DNA of 64,000 nt from assembly GCA_963836185.1 (NCBI GenBank), contig CAWIIQ010000001.1, positions 672,001-736,000 of the forward strand. Reading direction: 5' to 3'. Made by a program: the position numbers and the translations under genes. The notes under the pieces were generated by a model. It was given only the letters and a program-made list of their open reading frames with translations. It was not told the DNA's origin and ran no database searches. Within the stretch, counting starts at the first letter, position 1. Every line of letters starts with the position of its first letter. This document shows, piece by piece, positions 29,719-40,264 of the stretch. This DNA is from Candidatus Krumholzibacteriia bacterium (GTDB lineage: Bacteria; Krumholzibacteriota; Krumholzibacteriia; Krumholzibacteriales; Krumholzibacteriaceae).

Positions 29719-30729
29719 TCAGCGAGCCGTAAGTTCCCTTTCGTCCGATACGGTCTTTTTACCGTCTTCTTTCTCGTCTTCCTTACCGTTCTTATCTTCG
29801 AGGTCATAGCTCTCGAGGAAAAGGTCCTCGTCGGATATGACGGCTCCGGATACACCATCCATTGCTGTTTCGAGATGAACAGCCATGCCCAGAAAACCAG
29901 TCCGTCCATACCAGAGATAGACCGCGTCATTGTCGCCCAGGAACTCATTGTACACCCTGATCTTCCAGCCTTTCATCTTTCCCGCCGGCAGGTCGAGGAC
30001 ATCATGTTTCTCGACGACCGAATAGAACAGTGGGGTATCCCTGATGACCCATTCCTGCCTGGGGTGCAGCGGGTACTTGAGGCGCTGGATCTCGTCGGGG
30101 AGGATTCCGCCTGGAGGGCCTGCCAGCTTGGCCGGACCGTTCCCTCGTCCCAGGAGACAGTTAACGGCATCTATCTTGTCAAAATGCTCGATCATCGCTC
30201 TTTCGGCGGCCTGTCTGTCGACTGATGCCAGATTTTCGATCGATCTCTGCCTGAGTGCATCCCACCGGGAGAGGGCCAGGCCCGGATCCTCGCCTGGAGG
30301 GTCGTTTGTCGAGACATCCGCATTATAAAGCCCCACCCGGTCCTGCCGGTATCGAATCCAGTATGTCATCGTATCATCAGGATCGATTCCAGTACTGATG
30401 ATATTTACCTGCTCTTCGACAAAATATTCTCTTCCGAACAACTCTTCCGTGCCTGTGATAGATCTCATCTCCCGGACCGATGCGTGGAAAGACTCATAAT
30501 CTCCGATAGACATCGATCTTTCGCCTGTGTAGGCCCAGGAATTTCCTGTGTCGAGAGGATAATATTCGCTTTGTCCCGGGTCACAGGACCCTTCGCCTTT
30601 GCCGTACAGCACTTCCATGCCTGTGATCGAGTTCAGGGACTCCAGATCTTCCGTCCCCGAGTCAGTTACGTTGCATGCGGTGATAAGCGGCATCATGGCT
30701 ATTGTCAGGCACAGGATAAACTTAAACAT
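29719..30729 (-). CDS. Hypothetical lipoprotein
   Basis: AAGGAGG RBS, lipobox LITAC, YYPLDTGNSWAY. Confidence 0.7.
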   Translation of the reverse strand: MFKFILCLTIAMMPLITACNVTDSGTEDLESLNSITGMEVLYGKGEGSCDPGQSEYYPLDTGNSWAYTGERSMSIGDYESFHASVREMRSITGTEELFGREYFVEEQVNIISTGIDPDDTMTYWIRYRQDRVGLYNADVSTNDPPGEDPGLALSRWDALRQRSIENLASVDRQAAERAMIEHFDKIDAVNCLLGRGNGPAKLAGPPGGILPDEIQRLKYPLHPRQEWVIRDTPLFYSVVEKHDVLDLPAGKMKGWKIRVYNEFLGDNDAVYLWYGRTGFLGMAVHLETAMDGVSGAVISDEDLFLESYDLEDKNGKEDEKEDGKKTVSDERELTAR

Positions 30730-30993
30730 TACTGGCCTCCTTGCGTTCATTACAGTTCCTGAGAATATGGAAAAACAGAAGAAAAAGAATCGATTTCTTC
30801 ATACAACCCCAGTTCCGGCGGGGCGGGTAGTTGCGGATGTTATATGGAGTCCAGTGACAACCGGAATATTATCATAGTCCTGCGGCAATTTCAAGACCCG
30901 ATTCCGCATATGCCGGAATCGGGAAATGGATTGAATATGGCAGGCTGCGTAATTAGAATCGTTGCGGCAAATGATTCTATGACAGGAGAAATT

Positions 30994-32130
30994 ATGAATA
31001 TCAGAAAATTGGCTGTCTGCCTGATCCTGCTCTCGGTCACTTCATGTTCGGGCGAGAGGTACGTCGAGGTCATAGATGTCGAGCCGGTCATTGACAAGTC
31101 GGCTCTCGACCGGACTGAAGGCGAGGCCCTCGATTTCGAGGCGATGCTCGAAAGCTTCCAGGTCAATGGCAGGATCTACACGATGACCTACCAGGGTGAC
31201 TTCGACAGGATGGCCGGGATGCAGCACGGCCAGATCATGCTGATGCTGGAAGCGCGGGAGAGGGCTGAGTCGGATTCACTGCACTGCAGCATGTACTCCT
31301 ACTACGATGACGGGGGCGGGGCGCTATTCGGCAGGAATTTCGATAATGTCATGGACAAGTCGAGGGAACTGCTCGTCGGCTACTTTTTCCCCGATAACGG
31401 GTATGCCTCGATAGCGTTCGTTCCGATAATGGAGCTGGGATTCACTCCGGAGAAAGAATTCGATCCCTATGACACGCAGGATGTCCGGATGCTTCTCAAC
31501 GGACCTGTCATATCGATAGAGGGGATGAACGAGAAAGGTGTGGCTGTGGGTCTCGCCAGCATCAACCGCAGGAAGGTAGAGCAGCTCAGCTGTAACAGCC
31601 CTCGCTATCTCATACTCATTATCAGGGAGATACTCGATCATGCCGGCGATGTAGACGAGGCAGTCAGAATCGTCTCGAAATATAACGTCTTCGACAATGG
31701 GCGCGATATAATCACGCATCATATCTTCATAGCGGGACCGGACGGGAGGTCCGTCGTCCTCGAGTGGAAGGATGGAAGGATGCATGTCGTGGGCAACGGG
31801 GATGATTCGCAGGTTGTGACGAATGTCGCCCTGACAGGGACATCGGACATCGAGCGCAGAAAGAACTGCTCGAGGTACTGCTCCATCGACGACGATATCA
31901 GGGACCATTCAGGGCCGATGACCTGGCAGTACGGTATGGATATGCTCCGCGGCGCCAGCCAGAAGAATGTGAGTTATTATCTCGACGGAAGGAAACAGCG
32001 GGTGAGCACTCACTGGTCGGCCGTATTCGATCTGGCGAAACGGGAAGTCTACATCTGCACCGAGCTCGATTACAGCACCGTATACAGATTCGAGTTGAAG
32101 AGCAGGGCCGCGTATATGGAGCAGGACTGA
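30994..32130 (+). CDS. Ntn-hydrolase lipoprotein (C45/choloylglycine hydrolase-like)
   Basis: Lipobox VTSC, internal CS nucleophile (HCSMY), GRNFD, EGMNEKG, VVTN. Confidence 0.78.
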   Translation: MNIRKLAVCLILLSVTSCSGERYVEVIDVEPVIDKSALDRTEGEALDFEAMLESFQVNGRIYTMTYQGDFDRMAGMQHGQIMLMLEARERAESDSLHCSMYSYYDDGGGALFGRNFDNVMDKSRELLVGYFFPDNGYASIAFVPIMELGFTPEKEFDPYDTQDVRMLLNGPVISIEGMNEKGVAVGLASINRRKVEQLSCNSPRYLILIIREILDHAGDVDEAVRIVSKYNVFDNGRDIITHHIFIAGPDGRSVVLEWKDGRMHVVGNGDDSQVVTNVALTGTSDIERRKNCSRYCSIDDDIRDHSGPMTWQYGMDMLRGASQKNVSYYLDGRKQRVSTHWSAVFDLAKREVYICTELDYSTVYRFELKSRAAYMEQD

Positions 32131-32132
32131 AT

Positions 32133-32301
32133 ATGGCGTATGACGAAAAACTCGACGAGCGGATAACCGGGATCGTCTCGCCCTGGAAGAAGACGGGGAA
32201 GAGGTTGATGTTCGGAGGCGCCGGCGGTAAAGGACGACGGCGAGCTTCGTGAATGGCTCGAGGAAGCGAAACAGTTTGTGAAGACGCTGCCCCCGAAATA
32301 A
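32133..32301 (+). pseudogene. TfoX/Sxy N-terminal family remnant with internal deletion
   Basis: MAYDEKLDERI...LMFGG joined out of frame near 32219 to LREWLEEAKQFVKTLPPK*; absent from the ORF track. Confidence 0.7.
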
Positions 32302-32322
32302 TCCATTGATACGGGAGAAGGA

Positions 32323-32643
32323 ATGCTTAAATACCATCATATCGGAATACCGACAGGTATCCCGAGAGACGGGGAGAGATATCTCGAGAAGTACGGGATG
32401 TATGTCTCTGGATACGAGGAGAGCCCGTACAAAATAGAATGGATGAGGTTCGAGCCCGACAGCACCGTGCACGAACTGATCAGGAGAGTGCCCCATATAG
32501 CGTTCGAGGTGGATGATCTGGAGAAGGAGATCGAGGGCAGGGAGGTCATAGTAGAACCGAACAGCCCATCTGAGGGCGTCCGGGTGGCCTTTATCGTGGA
32601 TAATGGAGCTCCTGTCGAGTTTCTAGAGATCGAGCGCCGCTGA
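32323..32643 (+). CDS. VOC/glyoxalase-like protein
   Basis: YHHIGIPT, PHIAFEVDDL, GAPVEFLE. Confidence 0.75.
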   Translation: MLKYHHIGIPTGIPRDGERYLEKYGMYVSGYEESPYKIEWMRFEPDSTVHELIRRVPHIAFEVDDLEKEIEGREVIVEPNSPSEGVRVAFIVDNGAPVEFLEIERR

Positions 32644-32739
32644 AACTATTGAAAAATATATACGTATGATTTTTTATGGCGCCTGCAGGTGACTGGTGAT
32701 ATCCTGTCGTGACCATAGGCCCTGGTACGGAGAGAGATT

Positions 32740-33093
32740 TTGGGAAAGATAGAGACCGCTTTTATTGACGGCATAGCCGTGATCGACCTCGGTGATCGCA
32801 AGCTCGTCGGCGAGCACGACGATTACGATCTGTGGGCGGAGGTCGAAAATCTGCTCATTGAGGACAAGAAGAAGATCATCCTCGACCTCTCAAAGCTTCA
32901 GTGGTCGAACAGCACCGGCATAGGGATCCTCGTCTCCGCCTGGACGATGGCGCAGAAGGAGGAGGCGGAACTAGTGGTAGTAAACAGCGCGGCAAGGCTC
33001 GACAATATTTTCAAGGTCACCAATCTGAAATTCATAATGAAGATATTCGAGACTGTCGATGAGGCTGTGATCTACCTCAAATCGATCTGGTGA
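32740..33093 (+). CDS. STAS anti-sigma factor antagonist
   Basis: IILDLSKLQWSNSTGIGILV with phosphorylatable Ser; IFETVDEA. Confidence 0.85.
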   Translation: MGKIETAFIDGIAVIDLGDRKLVGEHDDYDLWAEVENLLIEDKKKIILDLSKLQWSNSTGIGILVSAWTMAQKEEAELVVVNSAARLDNIFKVTNLKFIMKIFETVDEAVIYLKSIW

Positions 33094-33113
33094 CCCAGGT
33101 ACCGCCGGGCTTC

Positions 33114-33142
33114 TTGACATAACAGGTGCATCCTTATACCTT
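33114..33142 (+). promoter_or_regulatory. Sigma70-type promoter of the S46 peptidase
   Basis: TTGACA-17 nt-TACCTT. Confidence 0.55.
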
Positions 33143-33202
33143 GCTATCACGTATCAGGAATCTGCGATTTAACACCTTATCCTTATTGAAAGGGGTAACT
33201 TC

Positions 33203-35362
33203 ATGAAGTTCAGGGCATTTATCGTCATGGCGGCAATTATGCTGCTATCGACGGCCGCTTCTGCCGAGGAAGGCATGTGGCAGCTCGACAAGTTCGACGC
33301 TGAGCTGTTCGCCAGCATGCGGGAGCTCGGACTTGAGCTCTCGCAGGAGGAGATCTTCTCGCCCGGCGGCGAGGGCATCGCCTACGCTATCGTCAATCTG
33401 GGCGGAGGCACAGGCTCGTTTGTATCTCCGTACGGACTGATACTTACAAATCATCACGTTGCCTTCGGTGCCCTCCAGAGAGCGAGCTCCGAGGAGAATA
33501 ACTATATCAGGGACGGTTTCTACGCCGACAGATCCGCGACCGAGATCCAGGCGCATGGCTACGAGGCCCGCGTACTGATATCGATCGAGGACGTCTCGGA
33601 CAGGATTCTGAAGAAGGCCAAGGGCAAGAAGGGCGCCAAGCGCTACGAAGCGATAGAGGAAGAGACCAAGAAGATCACGGCCGAGGCTGAAGAGGGCAAG
33701 GACGTGCGCGTGACGATCGCCAGCTTCTTCGGCGGCATGCAGTACAAGATGTTCACCTACTTCACGATCAAGGACATCCGCCTCGTCTATGCCCCCCCGA
33801 AATCGATAGGAAATTACGGCGGCGACATCGACAACTGGATGTGGCCCCGTCATACCGGTGATTTCTCGTTCCTGAGGGCTTATGTCGCTCCCGACGGCAG
33901 CTCTGCCGATTATTCAGAGAACAATGTGCCTTACGAGCCGGCAGTTCACCTTCCGATGTCGCTCGACGGCGTCGAGAAGGACGATTTCACGATGATCATC
34001 GGCTTCCCCGGCCAGACGATGCGTTACCGCTCGGCGACCTCGACTGCATGGTCGCAGAACTGGCGATTCCCCGGCCGCGTCAAGCTGTTCGGTGAACTTC
34101 TCGACATAATGAATGCGGCAGGCGAAAAGGATCCCGGCGTAAAGATCAAGATGGCCAGGTTCGACGCTATGCTCAACAACTCGATGAAGAACTATGAGGG
34201 TCAGATCGAGGGCTTCGAGAAGGCCGGCCTGCTCGAGAGGAAGATCGAAGAGGAGAAGGAATTCACCGAATGGGTGAACGCCGACAAGAAACGCAAAAAG
34301 AAGTACGGCAACGTCCTTCCGACGATCGATAAGTTGTACGAAGAGCTGGCTCTGACCCGTGACAAGCAGGTCATCATGCGGTTCACCGGTTTTATGAACC
34401 AGATGATAAGCGCCTCTGGAACGATATACCGCTGGACCGAGGAGAAGGCCAAGGACGATATGGACCGTGATCCCGAATTCATGGATCGCGCGATTCCCCG
34501 CGTCAAACAGCGCCTGCAGATGATCGACATGTCGTACGACGAGGGAGTCGACAAGCAGTTCCTCAAGTATTTCATGCTCCAGTCTCTCGCACTTCCCGAG
34601 AGCCAGCACATCAAGGCTTTCGACGAGGTCCTTGCCCCGTATTCCGGCTCGGATGAAGAGAAGGTCGACGCTTTGGTCGACGATCTCTACGCCGGAACGA
34701 AGCTCTATAACGCCGAAGAACGTATGAGGATGTTCGATCTCTCGCGCGAGGAGTTGATGAAGGAGGGTGATACGTTCATCGACTTCTACGCAAAGATGTA
34801 TCCTGAGGTCAAGGAGATCCAGGACAACGACGAGGAGTTCGGCGGCAACATCTCGGCCGTCCGGCCCCTGCTGATCGAGGGTATGAGGGAGTGGAAGGGC
34901 GGCGCCTTCTATCCAGACGCCAACAGCACGATGCGCCTTACATACGGCACGGTCAAGGGCTACAGCCCGGCTGACGCGGTCAACTACAACTGCATAACCT
35001 TCCTGCGCGGCGCGATAGAGAAGAATACCGGCGAAGAGCCGTTCGACTGTCCCGAAAAGCTCGTCAAGCTGTGGGAGAAGAAAGACTTCGGAAAGTACGA
35101 GCATGACTGCCTTGTCGATGTGCCGATCGCTTTCACATCGACCTGTGATATCACTGGCGGTAACTCGGGAAGCCCGATCATCAACGGCAAGGGCGAGTGC
35201 GTCGGCGCCGCTTTCGACGGCAACTGGGAAAGTATCTCGGCCGATTACCTGTTCAACTCAGAACTTAACAGGTGCATCAGTGTCGAGTCGCGCTACATAC
35301 TGTTCGTCCTCGACAAGTACTCCGGAGCCTACGAGCTGCTCGGGGAGCTGACGATACAGTAA
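33203..35362 (+). CDS. S46 dipeptidyl peptidase (DPP7/DPP11-like)
   Basis: Signal peptide, EEGMW, LTNHH, DNWMWPRHTGDF, DITGGNSGSP, FDGNWE. Confidence 0.95.
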   Translation: MKFRAFIVMAAIMLLSTAASAEEGMWQLDKFDAELFASMRELGLELSQEEIFSPGGEGIAYAIVNLGGGTGSFVSPYGLILTNHHVAFGALQRASSEENNYIRDGFYADRSATEIQAHGYEARVLISIEDVSDRILKKAKGKKGAKRYEAIEEETKKITAEAEEGKDVRVTIASFFGGMQYKMFTYFTIKDIRLVYAPPKSIGNYGGDIDNWMWPRHTGDFSFLRAYVAPDGSSADYSENNVPYEPAVHLPMSLDGVEKDDFTMIIGFPGQTMRYRSATSTAWSQNWRFPGRVKLFGELLDIMNAAGEKDPGVKIKMARFDAMLNNSMKNYEGQIEGFEKAGLLERKIEEEKEFTEWVNADKKRKKKYGNVLPTIDKLYEELALTRDKQVIMRFTGFMNQMISASGTIYRWTEEKAKDDMDRDPEFMDRAIPRVKQRLQMIDMSYDEGVDKQFLKYFMLQSLALPESQHIKAFDEVLAPYSGSDEEKVDALVDDLYAGTKLYNAEERMRMFDLSREELMKEGDTFIDFYAKMYPEVKEIQDNDEEFGGNISAVRPLLIEGMREWKGGAFYPDANSTMRLTYGTVKGYSPADAVNYNCITFLRGAIEKNTGEEPFDCPEKLVKLWEKKDFGKYEHDCLVDVPIAFTSTCDITGGNSGSPIINGKGECVGAAFDGNWESISADYLFNSELNRCISVESRYILFVLDKYSGAYELLGELTIQ

Positions 35363-35404
35363 CCGTTCCATGCCTCAGCGGTGGATGCCGTAAAGGCACT
35401 TTTC

Positions 35405-35440
35405 GGGCGGGGAGGCTTATCGTTTCCCCGCCCTTCTTTT
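35405..35440 (+). terminator. Intrinsic terminator
   Basis: GGGCGGGGA/TCCCCGCCC stem followed by TTCTTTT. Confidence 0.65.
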
Positions 35441-35452
35441 CCAGGAGACGGA

Positions 35453-36328
35453 TTGGGAGAGATATTCGCACTATCGACTGCGGTCACCTGGTCTATCGCA
35501 GTGATCCTGTTCAAGAAATCGGGTGAGAAGGTCCCGCCTTTTGCCCTCAATTTCTTCAGGGTCGCCGTGTCGTCGCTGCTCTTCGTTCTGATGTTCATCA
35601 TCATCCGAGAACCGATATTCGGAGTGGCCCCCCTGAAAGACTACCTTATCCTCATCGCGAGCGGGGTCATCGCCATCGCGGTCTCCGATACGCTTTTCCA
35701 TATGTGTCTCAACCGCGTGGGCGCCGGCCTGAACGCGATCGTCGATGGTCTTTACTCCCCCTCGATAGTCTTCTTCGCCTGGCTTCTTATAGGCGAGAAG
35801 CTCGGGCCGTGGCAGCTTGCCGGTATGGGCGCCGTCCTGCTCGGGATCTTTATAGCCACCAGGCACGATCCGCCGCCCGGCGCCACGAAGCGTCAGCTGG
35901 CATTCGGCATCATGTGGGGTGTTCTCTCGATGGTGACCCTCGGTATAGGGATCGTAATCGCCAAGCCGGTATTGAACCATTCGCCGGTGCTGTGGGCGAC
36001 GGCGGTGCGACAGATCGGATGTTTCCTCGCCATGCTGCCGGTAGCCCTCCTTCTGCCATCGAGAAAGAAGATCTTTTCGAACTTCAGGCCGATGTCATCC
36101 TGGAAATACATGATCCCGGGGACCGTTATCGGTTCGTTCCTCTCGCTGATATTCTGGATAGCGGGGATGAAGTACACACAGGCAGGCACTGCGGCGATCC
36201 TCAACCAGACCAGCTCGATACATATCATCATCCTCGCGACGATATTCCTCAAGGAGCCCCTGACAAAACGGAAGATAGCAGCCCTTGTCCTCGCCCTGGC
36301 CGGAATCCTGATGGTCACGATCGGTTAA
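35453..36328 (+). CDS. DMT/EamA family transporter
   Basis: About 10 TM helices in two repeats (LIGEKL, IFLKEPL); TTG start after AGGAGA. Confidence 0.88.
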   Translation: MGEIFALSTAVTWSIAVILFKKSGEKVPPFALNFFRVAVSSLLFVLMFIIIREPIFGVAPLKDYLILIASGVIAIAVSDTLFHMCLNRVGAGLNAIVDGLYSPSIVFFAWLLIGEKLGPWQLAGMGAVLLGIFIATRHDPPPGATKRQLAFGIMWGVLSMVTLGIGIVIAKPVLNHSPVLWATAVRQIGCFLAMLPVALLLPSRKKIFSNFRPMSSWKYMIPGTVIGSFLSLIFWIAGMKYTQAGTAAILNQTSSIHIIILATIFLKEPLTKRKIAALVLALAGILMVTIG

Positions 36329-36375
36329 TTATCTTTGAATAGTTCAGCTTTCGTGGTGTAGTATCCGATGTAATC

Positions 36376-38892
36376 ATGATATCGAAGATCATCAAGATAC
36401 TGGTCCCCGTTATCGGCATCGCCGTGCTGCTCGCGGCGGGGCTGCGTTCGACCCAGCATACCTATCGGCTGAAGCAGTGGCACAATGGCGGGGAGTTGCA
36501 CAGCTCTTTCAGATTCGAGGGTGACTCCACACTGGTATTCATGGAAGCCGACGAGAGGGATTTCGCGGGACCTCCTATACCGGAGGTAGGGGATTCACTG
36601 CTGATGGTAAATGGCACTCGCGCTACATTCGACCTCCTTATAAGAGAGACGAATCTGAAGCCTGTGGGGAACGAACTGGATCTCCTCTACATGAACTCGG
36701 CCGGAGATACACTGAGGACGACTGTCGTCACCGTCCCGGTCCCGGAAACAATGTTCTGGATTGTCTTCGCGCTGTTCATTCTCAGGGCCGTGATCTGGAT
36801 TGCATTTGTCGCCACTGGTTTCTGGGCTTTCATCAAGCAGCCCGATTCGGGGGCTGTCAGGGCCCTCGCTCTATTCTGTTTCTCGATGGCATCGATGCTG
36901 GTCACCGCGTTCGGGTTCGGCTACGAGCATATTCCCGTGATGCAGATTCCGTTGATGGAGCATCTTGTGATGTTCATGTCGATTCTGATCGGGTTTATCG
37001 GGGCGTTCTGGCTCAATCTACAGATCCTTTTTCCCACGCCACGCAAGTTCGTTGTCAGGCATCCTCTGCTTTCACATCTTCTCATCTATGGACCGCTGAT
37101 AATTCTTGCCGCATTGAGTTATCTTCTGCGCCTTGAAGTCATCGGAGCGATCTTCGGGATCCTGGCAGTTCTGCAGGTATTTGCCGGCTTCGGATTTCTT
37201 ATCGTCCGGAACCGCAGGACAAAGGACCTGCTCGAGAAGAGGCAGACTCGCCTCGTGCTCTGGGGGACGGGTACGGGTATATTCGGATTTTTCCTGGTGC
37301 TTGGACTGTTCCTTCTTTTCAGGTCCTGGTTCATCAACCAGGGGGCATCCTTTATCATGGGCACATTCGTGTTCGTCTTTCTAGGGCTGCTCCTTTCGCC
37401 GCTATCTTTCATTTACGCCTTCGGCAAGTACAGGCTCCTCGAGGTGGAGGGGAAGATCAAGAGAGGGACGAGACGCATTGCGATAACGGCGGCTCTGCTT
37501 CTTGTCTTTTTTGCGATACTCTACAGTCTGAGCGGTTTCATTCTCTCGAAGATCGGTACGGATAACCAGGCGGTCATCCCGGCGCTCGCACTCGTTCTCG
37601 CTGTCGGGTTCACGCCGGCGCAGAAGAGGATGCAGGGCCTCCTGGAAAGAAGGATCTATCCGGAGAGGACGCAGCTTAAGAATATGCTTCGGGATTTCCT
37701 CTCTAACGCGCTTGCCGTCTCCGACCGGAACACGTTCTGGAGTGAACTCGAGGTGAGACTCGCTGACATTCTCAATGTAGATTCGGTGATGACAGTCCTC
37801 AACGCTGGTGACGACCGCCTTATGCTCCTTCGGGGCGGGGAGGAGACCCCGTTCATGCCTGAGAGCGCATTCGCCGTCACTCTCTCGGAGTTCGAGGACC
37901 GTCCGATGATGGTCGATGAGATACTGGCGACCGGAACGGTGCATCTGACCCCGCAGGAACGAGAATGGCTCGTGGAACATGATGTCGCCGTCGCGCTTCC
38001 GCTGGCCAGCAGGAATAAAATGATCGGTTTTCTCGCAATCGGCATGAAGAGGACACGGCAGGATTTCGAGGCAGCCGATGTCGAGCTGCTCCGCTCGCTC
38101 TCATTCCAGGTGGCCGTTGCCGGGGAGAACCTCAGGCTTCTCGAAGAGAATGTCGAGAAGCAGAGGATGGAGAACGAGCTCTCCATGGCCCGCAAGGTCC
38201 AGGAGGGCCTGCTTCCCGCTACGATGCCTGAGACCCCTGGGCTCGAGGTCTTCGGCACTAGCCTCTCCTGCCTCGAAGTGGCGGGGGATTACTTCGACGT
38301 GATCAATCTCGATGATGACAGGACCGTTCTCGCGATCGGGGATGTCTCGGGAAAGGGCGCCGGCGCGGCGATGCTTATGTCGAATCTTCAGGCCTCGATC
38401 AGGACCGCGGTGAAGATCGGCTCGGACCTCAAGACGATGATAGAGCAGATAAACGACCTCATTTTCGATAATACGCAGGCCCACCAGTTCATCACATTCC
38501 TCGCCGGGGTCTACGATCATTCGACAGGCCGGTTCGACTATGTAAACGCGGGGCACAATCCTCCCTTGCTGGTCAAAAAGGATGGGACCCTGACGCTCCT
38601 GGAGAGCGGAGGACTTATCCTCGGGGCGCTGGCCGACATGACGTACGAACAGGAATCGATAAAGCTCGACAAGGGAGATCTTCTTTTCCTCTACACCGAT
38701 GGTCTCAGCGAGGCGGAGAATCCTGAGGGCGACATGTACGATGAGGAGAGGGTGGAGGAGTTCGTAAAGCGTAACCATGGCATGGATATCGGCAAGATGG
38801 TGGATCTTCTCGCTTCCGAGGTAGAGGGATTCATGAATGGTATGGAGCGCAAGGACGACCTTACCCTGCTGATAGCGCGTGTAAAGGATTGA
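36376..38892 (+). CDS. Membrane PDZ-like/multi-TM/GAF/SpoIIE (PP2C) phosphatase
   Basis: GDSLLMVNG, many TM helices, GAF, VAGDYFD, IGDVSGKG, NAGHNPP, YTDGLSE, DDLT. Confidence 0.9.
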   Translation: MISKIIKILVPVIGIAVLLAAGLRSTQHTYRLKQWHNGGELHSSFRFEGDSTLVFMEADERDFAGPPIPEVGDSLLMVNGTRATFDLLIRETNLKPVGNELDLLYMNSAGDTLRTTVVTVPVPETMFWIVFALFILRAVIWIAFVATGFWAFIKQPDSGAVRALALFCFSMASMLVTAFGFGYEHIPVMQIPLMEHLVMFMSILIGFIGAFWLNLQILFPTPRKFVVRHPLLSHLLIYGPLIILAALSYLLRLEVIGAIFGILAVLQVFAGFGFLIVRNRRTKDLLEKRQTRLVLWGTGTGIFGFFLVLGLFLLFRSWFINQGASFIMGTFVFVFLGLLLSPLSFIYAFGKYRLLEVEGKIKRGTRRIAITAALLLVFFAILYSLSGFILSKIGTDNQAVIPALALVLAVGFTPAQKRMQGLLERRIYPERTQLKNMLRDFLSNALAVSDRNTFWSELEVRLADILNVDSVMTVLNAGDDRLMLLRGGEETPFMPESAFAVTLSEFEDRPMMVDEILATGTVHLTPQEREWLVEHDVAVALPLASRNKMIGFLAIGMKRTRQDFEAADVELLRSLSFQVAVAGENLRLLEENVEKQRMENELSMARKVQEGLLPATMPETPGLEVFGTSLSCLEVAGDYFDVINLDDDRTVLAIGDVSGKGAGAAMLMSNLQASIRTAVKIGSDLKTMIEQINDLIFDNTQAHQFITFLAGVYDHSTGRFDYVNAGHNPPLLVKKDGTLTLLESGGLILGALADMTYEQESIKLDKGDLLFLYTDGLSEAENPEGDMYDEERVEEFVKRNHGMDIGKMVDLLASEVEGFMNGMERKDDLTLLIARVKD

Positions 38893-38900
38893 ACCGTTCG

Positions 38901-40197
38901 ATGGACGATTCCCCATTCAGAACAGACGAGGATTACGCGGCCGGTTTCGACGCGGCCGACCCGATGTCAGCTGTACGCGCGGAATTCGACATTCCCGAGG
39001 GCACAGTCTACATGCTCGGCAATTCTCTCGGTTTGATGCCCGTGGCCGCCCGGAGAGTCTGTCGGCCGGGTGTTGGATGAGTGGCGCGAGATGGGGATCG
39101 GCGGCTGGCTCGGAGGGAAGCCGCCATGGTTCTGGCTTGCCGAGCGCATCGGCGAATCGGCAGCTCCGCTTGTCGGCGCCGGGGCCGATGAGGTCATCTG
39201 CACCGGCACGACGACATACAATATCCATTCACTCGTAAGTACCTTGTACAGGCCGGATGAACAACGGACGAAGATAATCGCATCATCCCTCGAGTTTCCT
39301 ACTGACATATACGCCCTGAAAAGCCAGATGGAACTTCGAGGCCTTGACTGGAGGGACCATCTGGTCCTGATAGGGGGAGATGAGGAAGGTATCGTCCATG
39401 AGGATGATATTATCGCCGCCATGTCCGACGAGACGGCGCTTGTCCACCTGTCATCGGTCCTGTTCAGAAGCGGGCAGCTTCTCGACATCGAGCGTTTGAC
39501 GGCGGCGGCGCATGAGCGCGGGATCCTTATCGGATTCGACTGTTCCCATTCGGCAGGTGTCGTGCCGCACAGGTTCGATGAGTGGGATATCGATTTCGCG
39601 GTATGGTGCGGGTACAAGTATCTCTGCGGCGGCCCCGGCGCGCCTGCGTTCATCTACCTTAACAGGAAACATTTCAACACGGTCCCCGGCCTTGCCGGGT
39701 GGTTCGGCTGCGTCAAGGAAAAGCAGTTCGATCTCGACCTCGATTTCGAACATGCCCGGTGCGCCGGCGGCTGGCAGGTCTCGTCGCCCGGCATTCTCGG
39801 CGCTGCTGCTGTTGAGGGCGCCCTTTCCGTTATCGGGGAGTACGGCATAGAGGCTGTCAGGGAGAGATCGCTCAGGCTGACTTCATACCTGATGTTTCTG
39901 GTCGATGAACTACTGTCAAAGGAGCCATTTTCCTTCCACATAGTCACGCCGAGGGAGGAAGGCCGCAGGGGAGGTCATGTCGCGATATCCCGCCGCACGG
40001 ATGCGCTCAGGATCAAGGAAGCGCTCGTCAGGCGGGGCCTGGTCACCGATTTCAGGCCGCCCGATGTAATCAGGATCGCTCCGTCACCCTTGTATTCGAC
40101 CTTCCAGGATGTGCGGTCGGTCGTCCGGAATATAATCGAGGTAATAGATTCGGGAGAATTCACGGATATCCCTGGTGAGCGGGGACCGATCTCATGA
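38901..40197 (+). CDS. kynU: Kynureninase; one apparent frameshift near 39053
   Basis: YMLGNSLGLMP, EFPTDIYA, FDCSHSAG, WCGYKYLCGGPG, GWFG, RRGGH, DFRPPDVIRIAPSPLY. Confidence 0.9.
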
Positions 40198-40224
40198 AAA
40201 AGGGCCGGATGGGATATCCGGCCC
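40197..40224 (-). terminator. Terminator between convergent genes
   Basis: GGGCCGGAT/ATCCGGCCC stem preceded by AAAAA (T tract on the minus strand). Confidence 0.6.
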
Positions 40225-40264
40225 CCGCAATTGTCATTTCACAACAGTTTCAGCTCACCGCAGC

